A stretch of 64,000 nucleotides of DNA, taken from contig JADKDM010000014.1 in assembly GCA_016714565.1 (NCBI GenBank), forward strand, positions 77,385 through 141,384. The letters run 5' to 3'. Made by a program: the position numbers and the translations under genes. This DNA comes from Candidatus Villigracilis propinquus. GTDB taxonomy: Bacteria > Chloroflexota > Anaerolineae > Anaerolineales > Villigracilaceae. Shown here in pieces: positions 38,862 to 48,551 of this stretch (position 1 is the first letter of the stretch; every line of letters starts with the position of its first letter). The notes below the pieces were generated by a model, which saw only the letters and a list, made by a program, of their open reading frames with translations, searched no databases and was not told where the DNA came from.

Positions 38862-40665
38862 ATGACCGTTTCCGCAACCCGCTGGGATCTGACCAACGTC
38901 TATCCCTCACTCGAATCCAAGGAATTCAAGAACGCCATCAAGAAATACAAAACCCTGCTGGATGAAATGGAAGTGTTTTTCAAGAAAGCCAGCAAGGCCG
39001 ATTCAAAGACCGACCCGAAGAAACTCGGCAAACTGCTCGGCGAATCCGTGGACCGCTTCAACGCGCTCTTTGAACTGTCGGGCACCATCGACCCCTATAT
39101 TTATTCGTTCATCTCCACAGACTCCCGCAATAAGACCGCCATGCGAATTCTCTCGGAATTTGAGCAAATGTCGGTGCAAGCCAGCGTGCTCAACACCAAA
39201 TTCCAGGCCTGGGTCGGGACATTGGGCAAAGCCACTATCAAAAAAGCTGCGAAGACCAATCCATCTGCGAAGGCACATGAATTCGCATTGAACGAAGCCG
39301 CAGAGCAATCCAAATATTTGATGACCGAAGCGGAAGAAATCCTCGCCGCCGAACTGACCTTGAGCGGCGGCAACGCCTTTGGCAAACTCCAGGGGACAGT
39401 TACCTCGCAGCTCTCCGTGGACTTTGAGCTGGACGGCAAAACCCAGAAAATGCCCATGCCCGCGCTGATCAACCTGCGTTCGCATCCCGATGAACCCACT
39501 CGCCGCCGTGGATACGAAGCGGAAAATATCGCATGGGAAGGTGTCAAGGAAACTTTGGCCGCCTGCATGAACGGTGTCAAAGGGGAAACTCTCACCCTTT
39601 ATAAAAAACGCGGACGCGAAGATGCCGTCCACTCCTCACTGGATTTTGCCCGCATTGACCGCGCCACATTGGACGCCATGCTCGGCGCGATGAAAGACTC
39701 CTTCCCCATGTTCAGGAAGTATTTCAAGCACAAGGCAAAACTCATCGGCAAGGAAAAACTTGCCTGGTGGGATATCATGGCTCCGATGGGCAAGACTGAC
39801 AAAGTCTATTCGTTCGATGAAGCCCGTGATTTCATCGTGGAAAATTTCAACAAGTTCTCGCCCGAACTCGGCTCTTTCGCCAAACGTGCATTTGACAACA
39901 ACTGGATCGACGCCGAGCAGCGCGATGGCAAACGCGGCGGCGCGTTCTGCATGGGCGTTTCAGGCGGTCAAGGAAAGCCGCATCCTCGCTAACTTTGACG
40001 GCTCGTTCGATCAGGTCAGCACACTGGCGCATGAGCTGGGTCACGCCTTCCACAATGAATGTGCGTATCAAGCAAATAAGACCGAACTCCAGCAAAACAC
40101 ACCAATGACTCTCGCCGAGACAGCCTCCATCATGTGCGAGACGATCATTACCGAAGCCGTGTTGAAGAATGTGACCAATCCGCAGGAAGAACTCGCCATC
40201 ATCGAAGCGCAGATGAACAATGCCACAGGCGTGATCGTGGATATTTATTCCCGCTACCTGTTCGAGAAGGAAGTCTTCGAACGCCGCGCCAACTCCGAAC
40301 TTTCCGCCGATGACCTGAACGACATCATGGAACGCGCACAGAAAGCCACCTACGGTGATGGCCTCGACGAAAAGTTCCTGCAAAAATTCATGTGGACTTG
40401 GAAACCCCATTACTACTCGAGCGGCTTCTCTTTCTACAACTATCCATATGCATTCGGTCTGCTCTTTGCAACAGGCTTATATGCCATCTACCAAAAACGC
40501 GGCGCAGACTTTGTCCCCGCGTACAAAGCCTTGCTCGCCGCCACAGGTGAAAATCGCGCAGCGGAACTCGCCGACACCTTTGGCATCAACATCCGCACCA
40601 AGAAGTTCTGGGCCGACAGCCTCGCCATCATCGGCAAACGAGTAGATCGTTATTGCGAGTTATAA
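38862..40665 (+). CDS. M3 family oligoendopeptidase (one indel near 39958)
   Basis: RWDL, WIDAEQRDGKRGGAFC, TLAHELGHAFH, AETAS, FYNYPY; two ORFs join at GGCGTTTCAGG. Confidence 0.92.
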
Positions 40666-40673
40666 AAAAAATC

Positions 40674-40708
40674 AAAATCTCCGAGGTCTTTACGACCTCG
40701 GAGATTTT
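40674..40708. repeat. REP-like palindrome
   Basis: AAAATCTCCGAGGTC-TTTAC-GACCTCGGAGATTTT. Confidence 0.75.
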
Positions 40709-40721
40709 GAAAAGGAGAGAA

Positions 40722-41201
40722 ATGAAAAAATATACACTAATGTTTTCAATTCTTGTGTTAGCCGCGCTGGCCTGCAACGCATCGCTGCCGCAAGCCATCA
40801 CACCAACCGCAATCCCAACACAGGCGCCATTGCAAAACATCATTACCCCGCAGGCGAATTCTCAACCCCAGTTGACCGAAGCAGGCGTCCCGCGCATCAA
40901 CGTGCAGGAAGCCAAAGCCGCGTTGGATTCTGGTCAGGCAATCCTTGTGGATGTGCGCAGCGCAGAATCTTACACATCAGGTCACGCTGCTGGAGCCATA
41001 TCCATTCCGCTGGAAAATTTTGAGAACAACAATATTTCGCTCGACAAAAATCAATGGATCATCACCTACTGCACCTGACCGAATGAACACACGAGCGCCC
41101 GTGCGGCGTTCCTCCTTCTTCAAAACGGTTATGTAAAAGCGGATGCACTCCTCGGCGGACTCGCCGCCTGGGTGGATGCAGGATACCCGACCGAACCATA
41201 G
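40722..41201 (+). CDS. Rhodanese-like lipoprotein with in-frame UGA (putative selenocysteine)
   Basis: SD AAGGAG; LAALAC lipobox; DVRS..GHAAGAISIP; YCT-UGA(41076)-PNEHTSARAA..LLGGLAAWVDAGYP to TAG at 41199. Confidence 0.85.
41093..41111 (+). promoter_or_regulatory. SECIS-like hairpin
   Basis: GAGCGCC-CGTGC-GGCGTTC; loop starts 21 nt after the UGA, G at loop position 2. Confidence 0.6.
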
Positions 41202-41280
41202 CATGACCAAATCGCCTCTTCCCCCGCCTTTGCCTGATTCGAACAAACTGTAATTTTTTCCACCCAGTAGGTTGGGCAAC

Positions 41281-41328
41281 AAAAAAACGAACTCGCTTCA
41301 AACATCAAATTGAAGCGAGTTCGTTTTT
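41281..41328. terminator. Bidirectional terminator
   Basis: AAAAACGAACTCGCTTCAA/TTGAAGCGAGTTCGTTTTT. Confidence 0.85.
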
Positions 41329-41341
41329 CAAATGCAGAGAC

Positions 41342-42775
41342 TTACGGAGTCCAGTTCAACACCCATTCACCATCAACCAACACCTCAACATTCATAAACG
41401 TAAAAGTCAGCGGTCCTTGCGGAATGGGCATTTGATACCCAAACCCACTGTAGAACGGAACTCCAGGTTCCGGCAGTCCACCTCCGCCGCCCCCACCACC
41501 GCCCATTGGCGGGTTCGCGAGATCAATAATTGATGCGCCGATGATGTTCGAATCCGATTGCATGGCAAAGAGGAAGTACCCGGGTTCGATCCCGCCTTGT
41601 TCTGCCGTAAGCACGTGAATGACCTCATCATTCACTGTCACATCCTGGTTGATCTCCCATTTCTGTCCCATTTGAGGCGTAGGACCAGGATCAAAGGTGA
41701 AGGATCCACCGTCGGCGGGGAGAGAGGCGAGCATTCCAAAGGTGAGCTTCAAAGGTGCGGTGAAGTTTGTCCCGATCTTGAATGCCCAATACTCACGTAA
41801 CTCTTCGGGGGCAGCAAACATTCCGGGGTCGGCATAGTCGAAAGGAATTTCTGCTCCTGCAGAATCTGTTATGGATACCAAAACAGATACAAGGCCATAC
41901 GGCGGAACGCGCGAGTCAGTCCATGATGTAGCACCGTACAAAATGTATCCATCGGGCAGGGCTACGAATTTCTCCAGGGTGGCTGTAATACCGTATGTAT
42001 CCACGCTTTGTGTCGGCGCATCGGTGCTGATGTCGGTCGGCATGGGTGTCACCACCTGGGCGATCACTGGAGCAATTGCAGCGGGGTCCGCGGGCTTGAA
42101 CTTCAATTGAACTTTCCATTCGCGCGGTGCGGTATTGGAAGGCACAGCCACCAGATCCGGGATTTCAAGAGTCACTTCATTCACACCAGCAGCAAGGGGC
42201 GGAAATTCCATCAAATAACGGATGTAACACTGCGGACAGTCCTGGCTTTCAACATGCCCCGCACGCTCAACCTCAAGGCGGGTGCCGTCAGGCAGAGTGA
42301 GGAAAGGCGGGTAGTTAACAGTTGAAATGGAATCTGGGATTACATAATCAGGCGGCAGCATATAGGAATACACCACTGCCGACATATCATTGGTCAACAC
42401 GGCCTGCTCGATTGTGAGCGTGTAATTATCGCGCACGACTGTGACAGGCTCTTCCAACATACGCACAGCAGATGATTGGTTGATGATGCCCACGTTGGGA
42501 ACATACCCGAACAGACTCTTCAAGGCATTCACAACGGTGGGGCGGGTGAACAGCACAACAAGGCTCACCAATACAAGGATTGCAAGCGCCCACGTCAGGC
42601 GCCGTGAAAATACTTTCTGTTTCATTTGAGTCTCCTGATTCTTTTTTGCGCTTGCATGTCCTTCCGCAATGAAGCGGGCGCGCAGGGAATTCATGAATTC
42701 CGCATCAGGTTCAGGGACGTTGACGACATCCTTCAGCACTTCTTCAAGTTCGGATGGGCGAATGGGCTCAGACAT
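41342..42775 (-). CDS. Putative membrane anti-sigma factor (DUF4179-like)
   Basis: Overlaps the ECF sigma stop; EPDAEFMNSLRAR, single TM, LFGYVPNVG, large extracytoplasmic domain. Confidence 0.78.
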   Translation of the reverse strand: MSEPIRPSELEEVLKDVVNVPEPDAEFMNSLRARFIAEGHASAKKNQETQMKQKVFSRRLTWALAILVLVSLVVLFTRPTVVNALKSLFGYVPNVGIINQSSAVRMLEEPVTVVRDNYTLTIEQAVLTNDMSAVVYSYMLPPDYVIPDSISTVNYPPFLTLPDGTRLEVERAGHVESQDCPQCYIRYLMEFPPLAAGVNEVTLEIPDLVAVPSNTAPREWKVQLKFKPADPAAIAPVIAQVVTPMPTDISTDAPTQSVDTYGITATLEKFVALPDGYILYGATSWTDSRVPPYGLVSVLVSITDSAGAEIPFDYADPGMFAAPEELREYWAFKIGTNFTAPLKLTFGMLASLPADGGSFTFDPGPTPQMGQKWEINQDVTVNDEVIHVLTAEQGGIEPGYFLFAMQSDSNIIGASIIDLANPPMGGGGGGGGGLPEPGVPFYSGFGYQMPIPQGPLTFTFMNVEVLVDGEWVLNWTP

Positions 42776-43325
42776 TTTGCGCCTCCATCTGAATGGACAG
42801 ACGATCGAGAATGCGCCGAATGGCTTTTCGAACAGCATCCTCCTTGCGCCCAAGCAATTGGGCGATCTCCACGAACGAAAGCTCCGCGGTATAACGCAGG
42901 CGGATCAACTCACGCTCCTCTTCATCCAGCAAATGGAGCAGGGACTTCAACCGCACACGGGACTCGTCCCGAACCACCGCTTCAAGCACATCGCCTTGGG
43001 CTGGGTCTACAACTGATTCATGTATCTCCCCGTGACTGTGATTCCTACGGAAGTGATCCATCAGCTTGTTACGGGCGATCTGAAAGATCCACGCTGTGAA
43101 ATTATCCCGGTGCTGATAGCGCACCAGAGATTCGATCACCGCCAGAAAAGTTTGCGCGGTCAGGTCTTCCGCATCCGGAGCATTGCCCACGCGGCTGAGA
43201 TGATAACGATAGATGGGTTTTGCGTAGGCATCGTAGATTTGCGCCAACGCAGATTGATCCCCTTCCAGCGCGCGCTGAACCGTTTTGGAATCCACTTCCA
43301 AACGCCGTGGATTTTCATTCTCCAT
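42768..43325 (-). CDS. ECF sigma factor
   Basis: DAEDLTAQTF, FTAWIFQIARN, LSFVEIAQLLG. Confidence 0.92.
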   Translation of the reverse strand: MENENPRRLEVDSKTVQRALEGDQSALAQIYDAYAKPIYRYHLSRVGNAPDAEDLTAQTFLAVIESLVRYQHRDNFTAWIFQIARNKLMDHFRRNHSHGEIHESVVDPAQGDVLEAVVRDESRVRLKSLLHLLDEEERELIRLRYTAELSFVEIAQLLGRKEDAVRKAIRRILDRLSIQMEAQNV

Positions 43326-43417
43326 ATAAGTCACCTCGAAAGGACTTCATGCAAGCACTACTTAAATATCGGAGAAAACCCAAAAAGCGGACAAAATTCC
43401 CCACACCAAAATGAGAC

Positions 43418-43463
43418 AGACCGCAGACAATGGACAATCATCCACGGTCTGCGGTCCATCGTC
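43418..43463. repeat. 7-mer tandem-unit hairpin after the acyl-CoA dehydrogenase gene
   Basis: AGACCGC AGACAAT GGACAAT facing TCCACGG TCTGCGG TCCATCG. Confidence 0.7.
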
Positions 43464-43466
43464 AAT

Positions 43467-44642
43467 TTACGAAAATGCCTGCAACCCCGTTTGCGCTCTT
43501 CCCAGAATTAACGCATGGATATCATGTGTGCCTTCATAGGTATTGACCGCTTCCAAATTCATCACATGCCGAATGACATGATACTCATCCGAAATTCCGT
43601 TACCGCCGTGCATATCGCGTGAGTGACGGGCGATCTCCAGCGCCTTGCCGCAAGAATTGCGCTTGACGAGTGATACCATTTCAGGCGTGGACTTATCTTC
43701 GTCCATCAGACGGCCAACGCGCAGAACGCTTTGCAATCCCAACGTGATCTCGGTCATCATGTTCGCCAGCTTGAGTTGGATCAATTGATTTGCAGCCAGC
43801 GGTCTGCCAAACTGCGGACGGTCTAATGTGTATTGTCTGGCCGCATGCCAGCAGAATTCAGCCGCGCCCAACGCACCCCATGCAATTCCATAGCGAGCCT
43901 TGTTCAAACAGCCAAACGGGCCTTTGAGTCCAGAGACATTCGGCAGCAGATTTTCTTCGGGGACAAAAACTTCGTCCATCACAATTTCACCAGTTGAACT
44001 GGCGCGCAGACTGAACTTGCCTTCGATCTTCGGCGCGCTCAATCCCTTCATCCCTTTTTCGAGAATGAAGCCGCGAATCTCGCCGTCCAGTTTTCCCCAG
44101 ACAATGAACACATCCGCAATTGGGGAATTGGTGATCCACATCTTATTGCCGTGGACGATGTAGCCGCCGTCCACTTTTTTGGCGCGGGTTTCCATGCTGC
44201 CGGGGTCACTGCCGTGATTGGGTTCGGTCAACCCAAAACAGCCAACGAGTTCACCGCTGGCGAGTTTGGGCAGGTATTTTTTCTTTTGTTCTTCCGAGCC
44301 ATACGCATTGATGGGATGCATCACCAGTGAGCTTTGCACGCTCATCGCGCTGCGATAGCCGCTGTCCACACGCTCCACTTCGCGGGCAACCAATCCGTAG
44401 GAAACATAATTCAAGCCTGCGCCGCCGTATTCTTCAGGGATGGTGGAGCCGAGCAAACCCATGCTGCCCATCTCGTTCATGATCTCACGATGGAATATCT
44501 CATGTCGATTCGCTTCGAGGACGCGCGGCATGAGCTTGTCCTGACAATACTTCCGCGCCGTGTCACGGATCATGCGCTCTTCATCTGTCAGTTGGTCGTT
44601 GAAAAGGAAGGGATCTTCCCACTTGAAGGTTGGTTTGGACAT
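43467..44642 (-). CDS. gcdH: Glutaryl-CoA dehydrogenase
   Basis: [37 protein letters not shown]. Confidence 0.92.
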   Translation of the reverse strand: MSKPTFKWEDPFLFNDQLTDEERMIRDTARKYCQDKLMPRVLEANRHEIFHREIMNEMGSMGLLGSTIPEEYGGAGLNYVSYGLVAREVERVDSGYRSAMSVQSSLVMHPINAYGSEEQKKKYLPKLASGELVGCFGLTEPNHGSDPGSMETRAKKVDGGYIVHGNKMWITNSPIADVFIVWGKLDGEIRGFILEKGMKGLSAPKIEGKFSLRASSTGEIVMDEVFVPEENLLPNVSGLKGPFGCLNKARYGIAWGALGAAEFCWHAARQYTLDRPQFGRPLAANQLIQLKLANMMTEITLGLQSVLRVGRLMDEDKSTPEMVSLVKRNSCGKALEIARHSRDMHGGNGISDEYHVIRHVMNLEAVNTYEGTHDIHALILGRAQTGLQAFS

Positions 44643-44766
44643 AAAACCTCGGGTACTTGGAGATTGGTAATTGGTAACTGATTGCGTGGTGATTGTATCA
44701 AATGTCAGAGTGGGAAAATGCAGTAGAAAACAGAATCAAGTTCGAGCGCGGAAAGAAGCGTGAATC

Positions 44767-44801
44767 AAAAAAGAGGACATGCCGCGAAGCACATCCTCTT
44801 T
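44767..44801 (-). terminator. Terminator after gdhA
   Basis: AAAGAGGATGTGC/GCATGTCCTCTTTTTT on the minus strand. Confidence 0.7.
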
Positions 44802-44826
44802 GCAATTACTAATTACCAATTACTTC

Positions 44827-46125
44827 TTACGCAGCCCCGGTCAACCAGCCGCGGAGTTCCATCGCCTTCACCACACGATCAATCGCAACCATGTAGGCCG
44901 CATCGCGCATGTAGACGTTTTCCTTTTCACTGCGGTCGAGCACGCCGTGGAAAGCGGAGGTCATTTTCTGGTCGAGGCGTTGGAGCACTTCTTCCTTGCT
45001 CCAGTAGAAGTTCATGTCGTTCTGAACCTGTTCGAAATAGGAGGTGGTTACGCCGCCGGCGTTGCAGAGGAAGTCAGGAATGTTGAAGACCTTATTCTTC
45101 TTGAAGACTTCGTCGGCCTCGGGGGTCGTGGGGCCGTTCGCGCCTTCGGCAACGATGCGGACACTCTTGGAAACTTTGCCAACGGTTTCGCCATTGACCT
45201 GTCCTTCGAGAGCAGAGGGCATCAATACATCGGCTTCGAACTCGATCCATTTGTCGCCGTCATCCACTTTGTAACCGGAGTCCATGGCCTTCTTCTTGTC
45301 GATGGTTCCGTATTCGTCCACGATGGTGAGCAGGAAGCGCGGATCAACGCCGCCTTTTTTGCTGTAGGTAAATGCTTTCTTTTCGTGGCGATCATAGCAG
45401 GATACGCAAGCCACGGTTCCGCCAAGCATTTCGACGAAGCCAACAGCCGCATATTGCGAAACGTTGCCAAAGCCTTGAAGAGCTACAACGCCATTCTTGG
45501 GATCCATGCCGAGGTGCTTCATCGCTTCGCGCACGGTGTAGATCACGCCGTAGCCGGTGGCTTCGGTGCGGCCCAATGAACCGCCGCCGCCGAGGGGCTT
45601 GCCGGTGAACACGCCGGGGGTGTATTGACCAACGAGCTTGGAATATTCATCCATCATCCAGCCCATCATTTGAGGAGTGGTTCCCACGTCAGGAGCGGGC
45701 ACGTCATTGCGTGGGCCGATGTTCTTCCACATGACACGTACCCAACCACGGCACAGTTCTTCTTTTTCGCGAACTGAAAGTGTGGAAGGATCGACGATGA
45801 TGCCGCCCTTGCCGCCGCCGAGCGGAATATCTGCCACGGCGCATTTCCAGGTCATCCATGTCGCGAGCGCGCGGACGGTGTCCATGGTCTCTGCAGGGTG
45901 GAAGCGAATGCCGCCCTTGTTGGGGCCGCGCGCATCGTTGTGCTGAACGCGGAAGCCCTGAAACACTTTGAGCGAACCGTCATCCAAACGAACAGGGATG
46001 CGGAATGAATACTCGCGCATCGGCCAGCGCAAAACTTCTGCGACACCCGAGTCGAGCTTCAATTGCTTGGCGACAGCATCGAACTGTTTCTGCGCCATTT
46101 CAAAAGCATTGATTTGTCCTGACAT
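44827..46125 (-). CDS. gdhA: Glu/Leu/Phe/Val dehydrogenase (glutamate dehydrogenase)
   Basis: GPNKGGIRFHP, GGGKGG, DVPAPD, QGFGNV, EGANGPTT. Confidence 0.93.
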   Translation of the reverse strand: MSGQINAFEMAQKQFDAVAKQLKLDSGVAEVLRWPMREYSFRIPVRLDDGSLKVFQGFRVQHNDARGPNKGGIRFHPAETMDTVRALATWMTWKCAVADIPLGGGKGGIIVDPSTLSVREKEELCRGWVRVMWKNIGPRNDVPAPDVGTTPQMMGWMMDEYSKLVGQYTPGVFTGKPLGGGGSLGRTEATGYGVIYTVREAMKHLGMDPKNGVVALQGFGNVSQYAAVGFVEMLGGTVACVSCYDRHEKKAFTYSKKGGVDPRFLLTIVDEYGTIDKKKAMDSGYKVDDGDKWIEFEADVLMPSALEGQVNGETVGKVSKSVRIVAEGANGPTTPEADEVFKKNKVFNIPDFLCNAGGVTTSYFEQVQNDMNFYWSKEEVLQRLDQKMTSAFHGVLDRSEKENVYMRDAAYMVAIDRVVKAMELRGWLTGAA

Positions 46126-46371
46126 GTTGTTCTCCTAAGTAGGGGTTAGAGAAAATATAAGCGGGCACACCCCGATCGGGGCTGCCCGCTTTATGAACAA
46201 AGTATAACGATACGCTGGTTCATACGATTATTCCAATAAATAAAAACTACCTTCAAACTTTACACGATAACGAAACTAGAGTCAATATGACAAAAATAAG
46301 CATATTTCTGGTTGAAAATGACGGTTTTTGATTACTTCCATTAAAACCCGTCATTCTGGTGAAAGGATACG

Positions 46372-47143
46372 CTACTCAAACCTCGGGTGGCGCTTCTCAA
46401 AGAAGGCTTTCACGCCCTCCTTATGCTCAGCGGATTTACCGGCAACATCCTGGAGGATTCCTTCGTAGTTGAGAGCATCTTCCAAATTAGGGAGGATGGC
46501 TCGATTGAACGCTTTCTTCCCTGCTGCAAACGCCTCACGCGGACCTTTGGCATGGTCGGCCGCAATTTGCATGACCAACCGCTGATAGTTGAATCCACCT
46601 ACCTGATTGACCAATCCCCATTCATACCCAAGCTGCGCTGAGATCTTTTTGTTGGAATAAAAATATTCCTGCGCGCGCCCGAGGCCAATGTATTTTGGCA
46701 GGAAGATCGAAATGCCAGAATCCGGTGCGAGAGCAATGCCGCTGAAGCCGACTACAAAATATGCGGAGGACTTCGCGATGCGCAAATCACATGCCAAGCG
46801 CAATGCCGAAAGCCGCGCCCGCACATGGCCCATTCACTGCGGCGATGACAGGCTTGCCCATATTGCGAATTTGCAAGATCAACGGGTTATATGTTTTTTC
46901 CAAATGCTCACGGTAGGAAATTTCCCCGCCGCCTTGTTTCATTTCGCCAATATCCTGCCCCGCGCTGAAGACATTGCCCGCGCCGGTGATGACCACGCAT
47001 CTCACCTGCGGATCATTCTCCGCTGCGGTGAGGGCGTTCTGCAATGCAGTGGTCATCTCAAAGTTGAAGGCGTTGGCGCGTTCGGGGCGGTTAAGCGTCA
47101 GAATAACAGAACCAGCTTGCGTCGTGGAAAGAAGCGTTGTCAT
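46372..47143 (-). CDS. Enoyl-CoA hydratase/isomerase, PaaG-like (one indel near 46795)
   Basis: LNRPERANA, FSAGQD, AVNGPCAGAA, then LACDLRIA, PDSG, EGVKAFFEKR. Confidence 0.88.
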
Positions 47144-47232
47144 GAGGTATGGATTCTCTTTCTTTTGGATGAATACTTTTTCACGTCTGTGATTAATGAT
47201 ACCGTATTCACCCCAGAATTTGTCACTTAAAC

Positions 47233-47266
47233 AAAAAGACAGCCACCAAAGGGTGACTGTCTTTTT
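47233..47266. terminator. Intrinsic terminator
   Basis: AAAAAGACAGCCACC/GGTGACTGTCTTTTT. Confidence 0.75.
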
Positions 47267-47273
47267 CAAATAT

Positions 47274-47639
47274 CTACTCGTCAGGGAAATCGTCTATCTG
47301 GTCGTCGTCTCCGGCGTCCATTTCGTATTCCACGCCGTCGCTATCGAGGTAGACCCACAAAAGCAGAACATGACCTTCGGGGGTTTCCACGTTACGAGCG
47401 GCAAGGATGGGGGCAGTTTGCTCAAGGCCCATGTCGTTGCGATAGTGAAGGTGGATGGATGACTTTTGGTGCCAGGCGGTATAACAGCGTTGCACAAGCG
47501 CGGGACCGTTAAAGGTTCGTAACCGCGTAAGCGCAGGGACGGATAGTGACGGGCTCTCGTTCAAGCCCATGGCCCAGCCATCGTTCACGTGTTCAAAGAC
47601 TGGGGGTGGTCCTTCAATAATTGTGATTTTATCGTCCAT
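47274..47639 (-). CDS. Conserved hypothetical protein
   Basis: KITIIEGPPPVFE, LRTFNGPALV, acidic tail. Confidence 0.75.
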   Translation of the reverse strand: MDDKITIIEGPPPVFEHVNDGWAMGLNESPSLSVPALTRLRTFNGPALVQRCYTAWHQKSSIHLHYRNDMGLEQTAPILAARNVETPEGHVLLLWVYLDSDGVEYEMDAGDDDQIDDFPDE

Positions 47640-47825
47640 AAGGTTACCTGTTCCGAAAATATACCACAACCATACTCCGAAATTGTTTCAGAATTTCATT
47701 AGAATTCCATAACAGTACTTATTGGCCATATTTCGGTTTTTTTGCCACAAAATACATGTCTTTTCCTCAATAAAGCCTTTTATCCACCCTGGGTTGTTTG
47801 GACAAGACTCAAATATAATTACACC

Positions 47826-48452
47826 ATGAGCAAACTCACCCCCAAGATCATTCTCGAAGGCACACGCCTGACCTTCAAAACAGACATCGCTTTTGCGCTG
47901 AACGAACATCCACGCATTGTGGGGCCGCGCAAATATAGATACCATTCGCCGCTTATTTCAGGAGAGTGGTGCGCCTTCACCAACTTTCCATGGGGACGCG
48001 GGTTGATCAACTTTGAGCCGCAGGAAGAGGCGCTTGCGATGGAAACCTACGCTACATGGGTCAAACTTTTTGAGCTGCAAAAATACTATTCATGGATCGT
48101 GGATCGTTTTCATTTATCCACGCGCATGTATCAGCTGAATACCTACAACAAGGATTATGATTTCCGCTGGCTGGAGGAGAGACTGCTCCCGCTCAACTTC
48201 CGCCTCGTGCTGTTGACTCGTTCTCCAGAGTCCTTTGCGGCGGCGCGCGCAGAACGGCTCAAGGTTTCGGGGAATCCTTCTCAGTACAATGATCTGGATC
48301 TTTTCATCGAAGAACAAAAGATCATCCGCAGGCTGGCAGATGAATCGATCCTGCCCAAGCTGGAAATTGATATCTCAGACAATGACATTTCTGCCGCTGT
48401 GGAAAAAATCGCAGACTGGATGGAGTCCACGGGCGGGTTGCAGATGTCGTAA
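47826..48452 (+). CDS. P-loop nucleoside-monophosphate-kinase-like protein with atypical Walker A
   Basis: IILEGTRLTFKT, IVDRFHLS; TATAAT 6 nt before the ATG. Confidence 0.75.
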   Translation: MSKLTPKIILEGTRLTFKTDIAFALNEHPRIVGPRKYRYHSPLISGEWCAFTNFPWGRGLINFEPQEEALAMETYATWVKLFELQKYYSWIVDRFHLSTRMYQLNTYNKDYDFRWLEERLLPLNFRLVLLTRSPESFAAARAERLKVSGNPSQYNDLDLFIEEQKIIRRLADESILPKLEIDISDNDISAAVEKIADWMESTGGLQMS

Positions 48453-48457
48453 TCATT

Positions 48458-48484
48458 GTAGGCTGGGCAACCCCCCGCCCCTAC
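48458..48484. repeat. GTAG-type REP palindrome (degenerate)
   Basis: GTAGG..GGG-CAA-CCC..CCTAC. Confidence 0.5.
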
Positions 48485-48551
48485 AAACATCCAATAATAT
48501 TGCAACCGTTTTTTCTTGCACTCACCCCATTGGATAGGTATACTTGCGCCC

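Noticed and set aside
44779-45579. Long antisense ORF over gdhA (and similar ORFs over pdxS, the desaturase, the PPDK-like gene and 4415..5218)
   Set aside because: These are shadow ORFs caused by codon bias of the real genes; no motifs or ribosome-binding sites.
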